Shown here piece by piece: positions 1-13,120 of a stretch of 64,000 nt of DNA. Made by a program: the position numbers and the translations under genes. A model generated the notes under the pieces. That model saw only the letters and a program-made list of their open reading frames with translations. It searched no databases and was not told the DNA's origin. This DNA comes from Eledone cirrhosa (Eukaryota). The first letter of the stretch is position 1. Every line of letters begins with the position of its first letter. The DNA lies in the NCBI GenBank assembly GCA_964016885.1, contig OZ024742.1, positions 245,396,001 to 245,460,000 on the forward strand. The letters run 5' to 3'.

Positions 1-49
1 CTCAATGAGACCATTAATAGGGGATTAGGCAGGAGATTGTGAGTAGTGT

Positions 50-278
50 AACCAAATCTACGATGTCTGGAAAAGCTGTAAGACTCTCAGGAACAGTTGC
101 TAAGATGTTGAAAGTAACAGTGTGAGTTAGAATAATCTTTATCACATCCCCTGACTATAAAAATTGTACAGGAAATTTTTATTCCTAATAAATGGCAATG
201 CAGCAAACTCTGTTATTAGTTACTGCAAAGGCAAGGAAAGAAAAGTATAGTAGGGAGAAGAAATCACAAAGGGTTTAG
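50..278 (+). mobile_element. Degraded RTE reverse-transcriptase fragment
   Basis: SGKAVRLSGTVAKMLK...IPNKW...CKGK...RNHKGL resembles GKAPGPSGIVAEMLK...IPSDW...KGKG...NYRGL. Confidence 0.6.
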
Positions 279-569
279 CACCTTTCTTACCAAACTGCCC
301 CTGGTTCTATGATATTAAGCTGTTTATTTTAAAATGTTTATATTTATATTTTTAAAAAACCTTCCATCATATCTTTATGTAGCCATTGTTAAGTTATGCT
401 CCAAACATGAGCTTAGTAATGAGAAAGTCAGTTATATTACTAAATCTCACCAAATTCTTGATTATTTTCAGAATTATTTGAAAATCATACACTGTGTCTT
501 TCATTAGAAATATGGATACGAAAGGGTTAAGTTAAAGGACCAAATAACAAAAATGGAGCTATGGACAAA

Positions 570-998
570 TTAACTCTTAACATCCTGTAATGATTTAGCA
601 GAAAATATCTAAATATGGGTTTGTTAATTCAAACTAATTCAATTATCTTCACTACTGGACAGATCATTGTGAACATTTGTAATATTACAGTAAGTGCTTT
701 AAAGTTTAATTGTTTCTACTTTTGGCACAAGGCCAGCAATTACCCAGTGCATTACTGGTACTTTATTTTATCGACCCCATAAGGATGACAGGCAAAGTTA
801 ACCTCGGCGGGATTTGAACTAAGATTGACAAGGGCTGTAACTCAATGTTACAAAGATGCATCCAACCCTCTACCGATACTGCCAATCCACTGCCCAAGTG
901 CTTTAAAGTTTAATGTGATGTAGTCATAGTATTGATTTATATTTTTCAAGAGTGTCTTGCTAATGTGGTTACATGTGGTACAGAATATTAAGAGTTAA
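570..998 (+). mobile_element. TTAA-flanked MITE family 3 (ttaactcttaacatcc...ttaagagttaa); also 1785-2136 and relics at ~24 kb, 38.5-39.3 kb, 40.9-41.5 kb
   Basis: Inverted ends ttaactcttaa/ttaagagttaa; this copy hosts the SINE at 711-895. Confidence 0.6.
711..895 (-). mobile_element. tRNA-derived SINE family A with 19-bp TSD
   Basis: Minus strand has A box TGGCAGTATCGG, B box AGTTCAAATCC and core gccgaggttaactttgcc..tcatcctta.ggggtcgataaaataaagtaccag. TSD aagtgctttaaagtttaat at 692-710 and 896-914. Confidence 0.85.
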
Positions 999-2441
999 TA
1001 TGCATGATCCTGTAACTCCTGAGGGATTTGTAGGGGTGCCACATTGACATACGCCATTTGTAGGACATTTTAAAACCTGACAGAGTCCATCTCTTCTCCA
1101 GCAGATTTCTTCCAGAGAAAGATTGAGCATGAGAAAGAGACATAGAAAAAGAATCTACCCCAGTACTAACTAGACTGGTACTTTTTTTTTATCACCTCAA
1201 ATGTATGGAAGGCAAAGTAAACTTCAGCAGGATTTGAACTCAGAGAGTAGAGAGCTGAAACAAATACTGCAAAGCATTCTATCCGACATTTTAAAGACTC
1301 TGCCAATTCACTGCCTAAGATTTAATATAGGATAGAGTTAAAAAGAATGGAATACAATTCATGTTTGTGGCTGAATGTTGAGTTGAAGATATTGCATCAT
1401 TTTTTCTGATCAGGCAGTTACACAAGAAACATATATATAAGCAGATAACTTTTTTTTTTTTATTGTAAAATCAATTCACAAGCTACAAGTTTAAAATATA
1501 GGAGAGTATTTAGGTCAAATAGCCAATAAAGAACTTTGCCAAGATCAATATTGATTTCTAACACTACTACTGAGCAAAAGGAGGGTATAGCTGATTAAAT
1601 TGACCCCCCAGAAAGATGGAAATCAAGGTTGACCTTGGCAAGATTTGAATTCAGAACATAAAGGGCCATAACTAAGTCTGCCATGCTAATGATTCTGCCA
1701 ATCCAGCATCCTATATGCTGATTTCTAACACTGGAATAAAGGGGTCAGCTTATAATTGGATCAGCTTATATTTGAGTATATATGTAACTCTTAACATCTA
1801 ATGATTTAGCAGAAAATACCTAAAAATGGGTATGTTAATTCAAATGTTTATAGTGTCCTTATAAATGAACAAATGTGGAAATTTGCAGTATTGGAGTAAA
1901 GACTTTAATTTTCAATATGATGTTGTCATAATGCTGTTCGAGAATATGTTGTTAATGTAGTTTCAAGTAGCTTGTGAATTCAAATGTTAATACAATTTGT
2001 GAACAAATTGTTGTGAAAATTTGCAGTATTAGAACAAAGACTTTAGTTTTTAATGTGTTTCAGTCATAATGCTGTTTCATACTTTTCAAGAATGTCTTAC
2101 TAATAGTTTCAAGCAGTGGAGGTTGTTAAGAGTTAATACATGTGAATTTTTACTTTGGGTAAAATTTGAACAGTAGGATTTCAAGTTCTCACCTAATCAT
2201 GGTAAATCACAATTTAATTCTGCACCAATAGAACTGCTGCGGAACCAAGTAAACTGAGAGTCCATATCTCAGTGTAACACAGATTTGGGGTATAAACTAT
2301 TGGTTAATATCAGCTGTGAGGTCAAACCCTTATCTACATAGGACAACAGTTCTCCAGATGAGTCATTATGAGACAGTGGAAGTGGATTTGGGGAAGATAT
2401 ATATAGAGAGAATGTGTGGTGTATGTGGAGAAGGAGAGAGA

Positions 2442-2482
<41 letters not shown>

Positions 2483-2652
2483 CTAGTTAGAAGACTGCTG
2501 TGGAGGTAGGTAATAGTATATTGACACACACATATATATTACTAATAATAATAATAATATATATATATAATAATAATAAATGTGAAGACTAAAATCCAAA
2601 GAGGGCTCCATAAGGATAAATATATATCAAATATATAAGAACTCAAGAGCAA

Positions 2653-2778
2653 ATATTTATTAAAATAACAGATTAAAGTTTAAGCAATGAATCGCTGCTT
2701 TCACCTATAATGGGATCCCGTTAAGGGTGAAAGCAGCGATTCTTTGCTTAAACTTTAATCTGTTATTTTAATAAATAT
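2653..2778. repeat. 126-bp palindrome
   Basis: atatttattaaaataacagattaaagtttaagca...gggatccc...tgcttaaactttaatctgttattttaataaatat; ends in (TA)n. Confidence 0.85.
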
Positions 2779-3439
2779 ATATATATATATACTACTACTA
2801 CTACTACTACTAAAACTCTGTGATTGCTTGCTTGCTTGTCTGTAATGTAATACAACCAAAAGGGCGCATAATGGGAAAATACTTTAAAAGGAAGTCGACG
2901 CTGAAATAGGGATACAAATGGAATACAACAAGTTTCGCGTAAATCGGAGCACGGGTTCCCAAGATATGGGGTTTTCCCAGGTACCTTCATAAACAGAGAG
3001 AGATAGAAAGAAGGACAGAGAGAAAGAGATAGTGGTTGTGAGAGAGTAGATTGAAAGAGAGACATAGAGAGAGGGAGAGGAGACAGAGAAGGAGAATGGA
3101 AAAGAGAGAGTGCTGGTGGTGTTGTTGCGTATGTATATATATGTGAGTATGTGTGTACATATGTGTGTATATATGTGTGTGTATCTATGACCAGTGTATA
3201 TAGATCAGTCACCCACATATATACATACATACATATATATATATATGTACACACACACACACATATATACATACTCACACGTATATATATGGGCCTTCCA
3301 GTTCCATTTCACATTATATACATGTCTGTGTATATTTTAATTATTTAAAAATTATTTTTAAGTAAACATAATTTAAAAAAAATATTTTGAAGTGAACATG
3401 ACCCAACGAGTCATGGATGGTCCAGTATATATATATATA

Positions 3440-3624
3440 CTAGCTGGCCCATCCGGCTGTCGCCCGGCTAGGTATACCTGCCCCCACCACTCCACTCCAA
3501 AGATACGACACACCCTCTTGTGTCACATTGTCCTTCCGACTTCGTAGCAAAGGGGAGGAGCCACCGTAGAAATGAGTTTAAAAAGAAGGAGTTAAGTTGT
3601 GTTGTTAATATACATACATATATA
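3440..3624 (-). mobile_element. Non-autonomous Helitron-like element (3' end)
   Basis: Minus strand has a GC hairpin ccgggcgacagccgg ~10 nt before terminal CTAG|T; the other end runs into (TA)n and the gap. Confidence 0.5.
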
Positions 3625-3824
3625 NNNNNNNNNNNNNNNNNNNNNNNNNNNNNNNNNNNNNNNNNNNNNNNNNNNNNNNNNNNNNNNNNNNNNNNNNNNN
3701 NNNNNNNNNNNNNNNNNNNNNNNNNNNNNNNNNNNNNNNNNNNNNNNNNNNNNNNNNNNNNNNNNNNNNNNNNNNNNNNNNNNNNNNNNNNNNNNNNNNN
3801 NNNNNNNNNNNNNNNNNNNNNNNN
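3625..3824. other. Assembly gap (200 N)
   Basis: Run of n. Confidence 1.
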
Positions 3825-4167
3825 CATATTTTATATATATATATATATTTATATATGTGTGTATATATTGAAGGGAGATACAGAAACTAAAACAGTGTTG
3901 TCATATAGAGAGTGAAGAGCGACAGAGAGAGTAAAGCAGTTAAATTATAGAGAGGGGGAATGATCTATTATAGAGAGAGGGAAGAGCGACGGAGAGAGTA
4001 AAGCTAAGAAACTATAGGGAGGTGTGTAGGATACATACATAATACACACGACGCTCAGCTTTATAATATTATAGATATAGGTATTAGAGGTGCAAATTAA
4101 TTGCATCTGTAGGTGGTATACCAAGATGAGCACTCGATGCTCGTGGAGAGTAGAGTATCAATAATAA

Positions 4168-4357
4168 TAATTGTTTCTACTTTTGGCACAAGGCCATCAA
4201 TTATCCCAGTGCATTACTGGTACTTTATTTTATCGACCCCGTAAGGATGAAAGGCAAAGTCAACCTCGGCAGGATTTGAACTCAGATCGTAAAGGGACGT
4301 AACTATGCTGGAAAGCATGGCGTCTGACCCTCTACCGATACTGCCAATCCACCGCCC
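4168..4357 (-). mobile_element. SINE family A
   Basis: Full copy; flanking duplication tatcaataataataa. Confidence 0.85.
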
Positions 4358-4387
4358 TTATCAATAATAATAATAATAATAATAATA

Positions 4388-4626
4388 ATATGTAAGGGAA
4401 CAAAGAATCAGTGTTGTATCATACACATATTTAATTACTTATCACATATGCTTCACTGTCGATCAGCGCAAGTCTACATGTGAACACATAACTGAGGAGC
4501 TTCCGATTCCAGAGTCAGGATCGATCATTAATCGATTGTTCCTCGAGCTGATCAACAGTAAAACATATGTAATATGTAATTAGATATGTATATGATACAA
4601 CACTGATTCTTTGTTCCCTTATATAT
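4388..4626. repeat. Fold-back element with ~85-bp inverted arms and split hammerhead-like pieces
   Basis: taagggaacaaagaatcagtgttgtatcatac / gtatatgatacaacactgattctttgttccctta; internal ctgaggagct and gctgatcaacagtaaaacatatgt. Confidence 0.7.
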
Positions 4627-5502
4627 AATCATATATATATATGAGATGGCAATATGAATGGACCTGTTATTTTTCTCTAAAAACATTTTTTTCAATTCCA
4701 CCCCACCTGTCCCTTCAATCTTTCTAATTTCTCAATCTTTCTTCTGAAGTTAAAGTTGACTTTTTTTTAGCCAATTTTACTTGTATACCCCACAAAAAAA
4801 AAAAAAAAAAGATTTTGGCTTAAATTTAATATATTTTAATACTTCTCTGAGTGGATAATTAGTTTATTAATTTATCAATTCATTGAGATGCCTACCTATT
4901 AGAGACAGTTAACTTTATACAGTTATAAATTAATATTGACTGCTCTGTCATAGTTGAGCTGATTGAAGTGCTTTTGATTGCTATTTCTTCCGTTGATATA
5001 TGCCTGCCATATTGTCCTAATAAATTAAATAGAAAATTTTCATACAGTAATTCAGCACTGCATCCATTGCTTCACCATGCAGTATACAAATGGCATGGTA
5101 TATATGATATATATTCAACTTGTCCCTTTGGGTGGAATATATTTATGGTAATTCAACGATACAACACCTCGTTCATCATAAGATCTAGCAGTGAAATGGT
5201 ATATATGATATATTTTCAACTTGTCCCTTTATTCTTATGAAGAATTTGCCTCGTGATAAAGAAATTTGAATTCTTCCAATATTGGTTATTCCAATGTCTT
5301 GGAATTCCCGATGTTGTATCTTGAGTTTCAGAAACCATGGTTGGGGCATTATATAAGTTAAAATTGACTTTTTTTAGCCTATTCGACTTGCATTCCTACC
5401 ACGGTCAATTTGCCAGTCAGACCATTCAATGCAGTTCCAGAGGTCCATTACAATTGTTATATGGGAACAAAGTTTGTATATGAGATTTTGTTCCTGCTTA
5501 CT

Positions 5503-5542
<40 letters not shown>

Positions 5543-5543
<1 letters not shown>

Positions 5544-5708
5544 TGTATTTCCCGGCATCAAAGACGTTACTTTTTTCATAAAATAAATCTCAAAAATCTA
5601 CCATGCGTCCTGGAAGCCAAAGGTTGTTTATTATTTTTTCAAATTTTTGGTTGTCAAAATTAGGGTGCATCCTTGAGGACGAAGCGTCTTCAGCGCTGGG
5701 AAATATGG
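5543..5708. mobile_element. Tc1/mariner superfamily (Tc2/pogo-like) MITE
   Basis: TA + ctgtatttcccggcatcaaagacg ... cgtcttcagcgctgggaaatatgg + TA. Confidence 0.75.
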
Positions 5709-5866
5709 TATATATAGCAGTAGAACATTGGGAGGTTATATCCGTAGTAGGCCATTCAGTCCATGGAACGAGTTTGGTAGAAGTTAGTTCCACAACAGTT
5801 AATAAACCATTTTCGTGGCCACGTGTTTCACCTTGCAAATCTTCAACTGTTGTGGAATTAACTTAT

Positions 5867-5897
<31 letters not shown>

Positions 5898-6916
5898 TAA
5901 TATATATATATATATATAATATATATATATAATATATATATATGGGAGCTTTTCCTCGTATCATCATCATGACCATTTTACAGGATGGATTGGGTGCTTT
6001 TGTTGTGGAACCAGATCAGCATAGAAGTAATGCAAAAAAAAGTCAAACTGTTACAATAAATATTCTCAAGTTGCCCATTATGTGTTGATTGCCCTTTTTT
6101 GTTATTTGTACCCATGTGTGTGTCTGGGGGGGAGGGGGCTTCTGCACAGTTTCTGTTGACCAAATCTACTCACACAATATTGATCAATCCCAGATTATAT
6201 TAGAAGATATGTGCTACACCAGATCTGGACTCCATCCAGAACCACATAGATGCAAAGCAAACTTATAAACCACATAGCCATTCTAAAGGTTTTACAGTAT
6301 ACGGGCTGTTTGTTATAAAGAGTTTATATTTATCTAAAAACTTACCATCATAATGTTATGTATAAAATTTTGCTATGGTTTAACCCTTTTGATACCTAAC
6401 TGCCTGAAACTGTCCCTGGTTCTATGATACAAAACTGTTTGTTTTAATGTGTATATATCATGGACCAATTGTCTGGAATCATTTTGTGTGCAAGGATACA
6501 ACTCTTCCAGACTTAAAAGATGTAAAAGAATATATTAAAAAGATGTTGAGTAATCAACAACCTGTTTATGGTAAAACTACCATTTTTAGTAACATAAAAA
6601 AAATTTCAAAATTTGTAAATGAAGAAAAAATTTGTCATGATGGCCTATAAAAGTGTTCCTTTTATAGGTCATCATGACAAAAATTATAGTTTTTTTTACT
6701 ATAATCCTTCTCGGGCGTCTTACTATCCTCATTAGCGCATTCTCAATAATCAACTACTTCATTCTATTACTAAGAACTTTCTCTTCTTTGTAAATAGTGT
6801 ATCATACTTATCTAAGCACCTTTTATACATGGCTAGTCAAATAAATTAGAAATAAAAAAATTACATGAAAATCATGGGCAGTGTCTTTCATTAGAAGTAT
6901 TTCAATGAAAGGGTTA

Positions 6917-7125
6917 ATAATTGTTTCTAGTTTAGGCACAAGGCCAGCAATTTGAAGGGGAGGGGGAGCTGATTAAATCGACCCTAGTGCATTACTGCTG
7001 CTTTGTTTTATCGACTTTGTAAGGATGAAAGGCAAAGCTAACCTCGGCGGGATTTGAACTCAGAACCTAAAAGGCAATAACTCTATACCGCAAAGCATAG
7101 TATCTGATGCTCTACCGATACTGCC
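6917..7125 (-). mobile_element. SINE family A
   Basis: Same A/B boxes and core. Confidence 0.8.
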
Positions 7126-7461
7126 ATAATAATATCATGTGATATTAGCTGTAAATATACACACACCAACCCCAACCTAACCCTCCACACACGTGCATGT
7201 ATGTACATGGTTGCACCTATATACAGTCATGAATTATCAAAATGGTGACATATTATGAAGAACAGGCTTAGGTTGGTTGTTTCTGCCTAGCTGAAAATGT
7301 CGAAATTATTAAGAACAGTCACACGTTTTAACCTTTCCATGAGAAAATACACAATGACTAAACTCCAGGTCACACTGTATAGGTCAGTCACACCTTATAT
7401 GTCTATCACACCATATAGGTCACATCATACAAATTGAGATAGGAAATGCATATATATATAT

Positions 7462-7589
7462 AATTTAATATAGAAATGGCTTCTACTAGACTAGAACCGT
7501 TTCATTTGAAAGAAATCATCGGGCTTTCTCGATGATTTCTTTCGAATGAAACAGTTCTATTCCTGTAGAAGCCATTTCTATATTAAATT
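7462..7589. repeat. 128-bp palindrome
   Basis: aatttaatatagaaatggcttctac...gtagaagccatttctatattaaatt, next to (TA)n. Confidence 0.85.
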
Positions 7590-9129
7590 TTGTATCTACT
7601 CTACTAATGTATTGAGTACTTCACTTACTGTGGTTATTATCCCTGATAGAACCCAGGACTCACACATATATATAGTATATCGTTTCATTCATCATTCATT
7701 TCATTTTATGTCTGCTTTTCCCTGCTTGCAAGGGTGGGACGGGAACTGATTCTGGCTTGATTTCTACAGCTGGATGCCCTTCCTAACACCAACCTAACAC
7801 TAACTCATTTACAGTGAGTACTTTTTTTGCCGTGGCACCTCCACGACCACTTTGCAGTGGAATGATAGGGACTGGGTCCCTATCATCTCATTTCTACAGC
7901 TGAGTGAACTGGAGCAATGTGAAATAAAGTGTCTTGCTCAAGAAAACAACACATCACCCGGTCTGAGAATTGAACTCACAACCTTTCGATTGCAAGGCCA
8001 ATGCTCTAACCACTAAGCCATGTGCCTCCATATATATATATATAATCGATATATATGGTTATTGATTAGGCGAAACCCGCTGATGAAGCCATACCGCCGA
8101 TTGTGCATTGTTGCATAATAAATGCAGACAGTGGAGGCTGTGCACTCTATTACTGCATTACGTGTGGTATAGATTGGAGGTACCCATTTACGTGTGTTGT
8201 ATTTAAGCAAACAACTATGTGTCTACTCTGGGATTTTACATAACATTATGCTCTTAGTAAATTCTGTAAAGGTAGTGGGAGCTGGGAAAAAGGACATTCA
8301 GCTATAGAAACTATGCCAAAATATGTAATGTATGAGCGAGATAAGATTACTCTGACTTGCCTAGTATTGAACAGTAACAACCAGTCCAACTCTTGCCAAC
8401 ATGGAAGGAAAACGTATAATAATGATGATGATATTAAGAGACCTGGTATTAAATATGCTAAAGTGGGAAAAATAACCTTGCAGTCCGCATGACAGGTTTT
8501 GTCCCCAGCAATAGGGTTCTTTTTGAGGCAATGCTTTGCAACCAGATACCCTTTGTGGTGCCACCCCACCCCCTTTTTTGCCTTTTACAAGACACAGGGA
8601 TATGATGTATCAAATATATTGTATTAATTGTATTTCACTGCACCTGGTAGCAAAAGGTATTTAGTAGTATTGTAACGAAATGGATAAATTTAGCAAATGA
8701 TACAAAATCAATTCAGTGAATTGGCAGAGTCATTAGAATGTCAGATAGAATGCTTTGCAGTATTTGTTTCAACTCTCTGCTGTTTGAATTCAAATCCTGT
8801 TGAGGTCAACTTTGCTGTTCATCCATTCGAGGTTGATAAAAAAAAAGTACCAATCAACTACTCTGGAAGAAATCTGCTGTATTTAGACCCAGAGAGGAAT
8901 GGGTTCTGTCTTGTTTTAAAATGCCCTAGAAATGCTGCATGTCTACACAATGCCCATACGACTCCCTCAAAATTTAAATATTATAAACTCAAAATCTAAA
9001 TATTATCTCTCATTTAACAGCAAATAACTTTTCTTTTAAATAGGATGGGAAAGCCATTGCTAAAATGTTTTGTTACTAAAAGTAAGTTTTGACTCAACGT
9101 ATATCCTTGTTCTGTTGATTATGCATTCT

Positions 9130-9700
9130 TTCTACCAACAACTAACAACACCAACACCACTCCTACAACCACCATAACCACCACCAATATCACCACCACC
9201 ACCACCACCTCCACTACCACTACAGCGACCTCCAATGGTGCTAATAACACAACCCCAACAACCACCAATATCACCACTACCACCAACAAAACCACCTCCA
9301 ATACCACTACAGCCACCACCACCACTACCACAACCACCTTCAATACCAATAAAACCACCTCTAATACCACTACAGCCACCTTCAATACTGCCACTAGCAC
9401 AACCCCAACAACAACTAATATCACCACTACCACCACCACCTCCAATACCACTACAGCCACCTCCAATACTACCACCAGCACAACCCCAACAACCACCAAC
9501 AAAACCACCTTCAATACTACCACCAGCACAACCCCAACAACCACCAACACCACCAATACCACCACAATTACCATAACCACCACCAATTCTACCCCCAACA
9601 CACACTATAATCACCTCCAATTCTATCATCACCATCACCACAGACACACAACCACTGTAACCACCTCCAAATCTACCATCACCACCAGAGACACACAGCA
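9130..9700. repeat. Degenerate (ACC/ACA) low-complexity array
   Basis: Recurrent cctccaataccactacagccacc and gcacaaccccaacaaccacc. Confidence 0.9.
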
Positions 9701-9796
9701 TACAAAGGACAATGGCAACTACAAGGTAGGAAGTATGAGAAGATAATAAAGGACCTAATAAAAACATAAGATAACCTCATATCCTTGTTGGAGGCC

Positions 9797-9898
9797 CTTT
9801 CACATACACATCCCTACACAATCCTTTCACATACACATCCCTACACAATCTTTTCACATACACATCCCTACACAATCTTTTCACATACACATCCCTAC
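9797..9898. repeat. 27-bp minisatellite x~4
   Basis: c(c/t)tttcacatacacatccctacacaat. Confidence 0.9.
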
Positions 9899-10500
9899 GT
9901 AGTCATACAGAACTATACATAACCATTCATTCATACATAACCAAACAGTCATACACTATAATATACAACTATACACAAATTACACAAGTACACTGTATGG
10001 CTGTGTATATATATATATACATATACATACCTATATATACACACATACACACACATATATATACATACACATATACATACATATATACACACATATACAT
10101 ATATATATACACATATATATATATATATACATATAATGTATTGTGTTATTTCCTCAACGGTCAGCCAACCGTTGAGGAAATAACACCACATGCCCAGCCG
10201 AGTCCCCTGTATCAAGAAAAGTAAACTTTTTCTAAATTTAAAAGATTTTATAATGTTTCATTGTGTTATGGGTTTACTGTCTGAGGAGACCAGGCTGTCA
10301 TAACTGATAGTCTTCAGCAAAATGTACATTGCGGATTTTAATAAACCAAAACCATATGAATATGGCCTCGGATTTTTATTAATATATTATGCTCCAGGTT
10401 ACACTTTTGTACAGGTCATTGAGCGCTTTCTTTTATTTACTTCACAACCAACAAATCATTATGTGGTCAACACATCCCTATTCGGTTAACCCCTTACTAT

Positions 10501-10792
10501 GGAGGCACATGGCTTAGTGGTTAGAGCAGTGGCCTTGCAATCGAAAGGTTGTGAGTTCAATTCTCAGAGCGGGTGATGTGTTGTTTCCTTGAGCAAGACA
10601 CTTTATTTCACATTGCTCCAGTTTACTCAGCTGTAGAAATGAGATGATAGGGACTGGGGTCCCAGCACTCACTGTAAATGAGGTTGGTGTTAGGAAGGGC
10701 ATCCAGCTGTAGAAATCAAGCCAGAATCAGTTCCCGTCCCACCCTTGAAAGCAGGGAAAAGCGGACGTAAAATGATGATGATGATGATGATT
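10501..10792 (+). mobile_element. tRNA-derived SINE family C with RTE-like 3' tail; related copies at 7690-8030(-), 39672-39980(+), 43015-43320(-), 43815-43910(+), 44573-44690(+)
   Basis: A box tggcttagtggttag, B box gagttcaattc, CORE-like ccttgagcaagacactt, then ttaggaagggcatccagctgtagaaa and an (ATG)n tail shared with the RTE copies. Confidence 0.85.
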
Positions 10793-11244
10793 CATCACCG
10801 TTTTACGTCCATTCTTCCACACTAGTATGGGTTAGATGGATTGTCCTGTTGTAGGCAATGCCAGGTCAGGTGACCATGTCTTGCTCATACAGAACTGATT
10901 TTGGCTTCATTTATACAGCTGGATGCCCTTCCTAACACTAACCTCATTTACAGTGAGTACTGGGTGCTTTAATTACCGTGGCGCCTACATATATATAGTT
11001 AAGAGATGAAGCAAACAAAAGACAGGAGGCAATTTTTACACAGTTATATTAAGTTCATGCTTATACATACATACATATATATATATATAAGTAAGATGTA
11101 TGGTAGGACGTATGTGAATCGCGATGATCACGTCTGACTTACCAAATATGTGACGGTAGCTAGTTAAGCTCTATGCGTATACGCAGAGCAGAAATATTAG
11201 TGAAAAAGAACAAAGGAACTATTATGACATTATAACAAGTTTAT

Positions 11245-11291
11245 TGCCGACAGCCGTTTCGTCCGACCCCATGGTGGGACTTATCAAGGCA
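11245..11291 (-). ncRNA. Hammerhead ribozyme motif with mutated core
   Basis: Minus strand reads tgcc-TTGATAA-gtcc...ggac-GAAA-cggctg-TC-ggca. All three stems and the GUC site are present, but CTGATGA has become TTGATAA. Confidence 0.6.
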
Positions 11292-12149
11292 TACAACATG
11301 TGATTGCAAGATCATTGTTTACATCAACGTATCACTCAAGGCTAGCAGTTTGAAATTGTTGTATACATCAGCAACTCCGCTTTAAGGGGGGCTCTTTTAT
11401 ATTAGTTGTCGGGGTCAGGGATTGAAGTTTAAAAATTAGACAAAAATATATAATTCACGTATCAACATTAAACCAAGAGACTTGGGGTCCCGTAGAAGCA
11501 CCTCAGAAAATCCCTCAATGAGTGCATAAAGCTTACAGGCTCCAATACACCTATTAGTCTAGAAGAAAATTAAGAGGCTAATAAAATAAGAAAATAAAAA
11601 TATAAAGTTTCCCTAAAAAATATATAGAGTTCCTATGAAATTTCTTCTAGAGAAAAAAAATTTTTTCCGAAAGAAAAAAACCTTCTTCCCCCGAGATCAC
11701 GTTTACAAAATTCAGAAAACTGAATTGAAAACTAGGTTGAAAGAAACTAATCAATTAGAGGTTAATTCAGAGAGCCTTCCATAAATCTCTCAGAAAAGGC
11801 CCCCTTACTATTTCCAATAGGAACTTCTTCCGAGAGACCCTTCGAAGAATTAAAATTTTAGAGAGCCTTTGAGGATAAATATAAAAACGAATTGAGGAAA
11901 ATTATACATTAAAAGTTAAAAATTAAAAATTACGGTATTTGGGATATCCGAGGAATTTTCAAAGGGCTGCTTCAACAGATACAACCTAGGCATAATAGGT
12001 ACAACAATCTAAGCAATTTAAGCAATTTAATTAGGGAGCAATTCAAGGAGTTTATCAAGTTGGGCAAGATTAAAGAAAGTGGTAACTAAGAAAATACATA
12101 AGCAAAAAGACAATAATCATAAAATGTATCCTCAAGAAGGTACAAGGTA

Positions 12150-12365
12150 GCTTCAGTGATCTAACCCTGTATTATCACAAAAAAACATTCTAAAATTATT
12201 GATACAGGATTAAAAATTATTACAAAATCATTACAAAATTACCACAAAATCATTACAAAATTATCAAATCATCACAAAATTACCACAAAATCATTACAAA
12301 ACTATCAAATTATCATAAAATTATCGCAAAATTATTACAAAATTATCATAAAATTATTGCAAAAA
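12150..12365. repeat. Degenerate ~11-bp tandem repeat
   Basis: Repeated aaaattatcac/aaaatcattac. Confidence 0.8.
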
Positions 12366-13049
12366 TATAACAGGATGAACATTACTGGTGACCGTGTGGG
12401 CGCGATATCCATTCTGCCTATGCAGTCCCCTGCACAGCTCCAGGCACGATATCCACTAGGCGTAAGCAGTCATCTGCATAGCTCCAGGCGCAGCTGGTCT
12501 TGTTTAAACGCTCATAGATCACCTGGGGTTCACTATTATCTGCGTGGACTCTCTGGGAGATGTACCTGTGGATCTAATAGCCAGTGGTTGCCGGATGTGG
12601 TCCGTTCGATCCTTTAGTTTCAGGGGTTGAACGCTTTCGCGATAGACGAGCCTGCTGGTTCTAAGTCCAAGGTTTCGCCACGCATGATGTATAGTCCACA
12701 TGCTATATCGTTAAAAAAACCAGTGTGGATTTGACCGGGGTGGTATATTATGAACTCCAAGTCCATACGCGACTGGTCAAAAGCGAAGGGCTGTCCTCTC
12801 TTTGTTTGCTGTATGGGTCGTTCTCAGCTTAGATGGTGGTCGTGTTATCCATATTCCATCAGCCCTGTATATTCAAGACAGATCAGGGTATGTATTTGCG
12901 GGTATGGTCCTGCGTCTACATTATCCAGAGGGTCTCGCTTGTGGTATTTTCAAGTTCGCATGTCATCTCCCGGTTAAGACTGCGCATGCTTCGGTGAATC
13001 TCAAGCATGGAATCTTAGGGTATCATATTACACATATATATCATATTAC

Positions 13050-13119
<70 letters not shown>

Positions 13120-13120
13120 G

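Noticed and set aside
3468-3915. ORFs spanning the N run
   Set aside because: Artefacts of the assembly gap.
9119-9767. Gly-rich, Pro-rich and Val-rich ORFs resembling cuticle or extensin proteins
   Set aside because: Open in several frames on both strands because of low complexity; no supporting gene structure.
10501-10575. tRNA gene-like A/B boxes
   Set aside because: Continues into a SINE body and tail and is multi-copy; a SINE head, not a tRNA gene.
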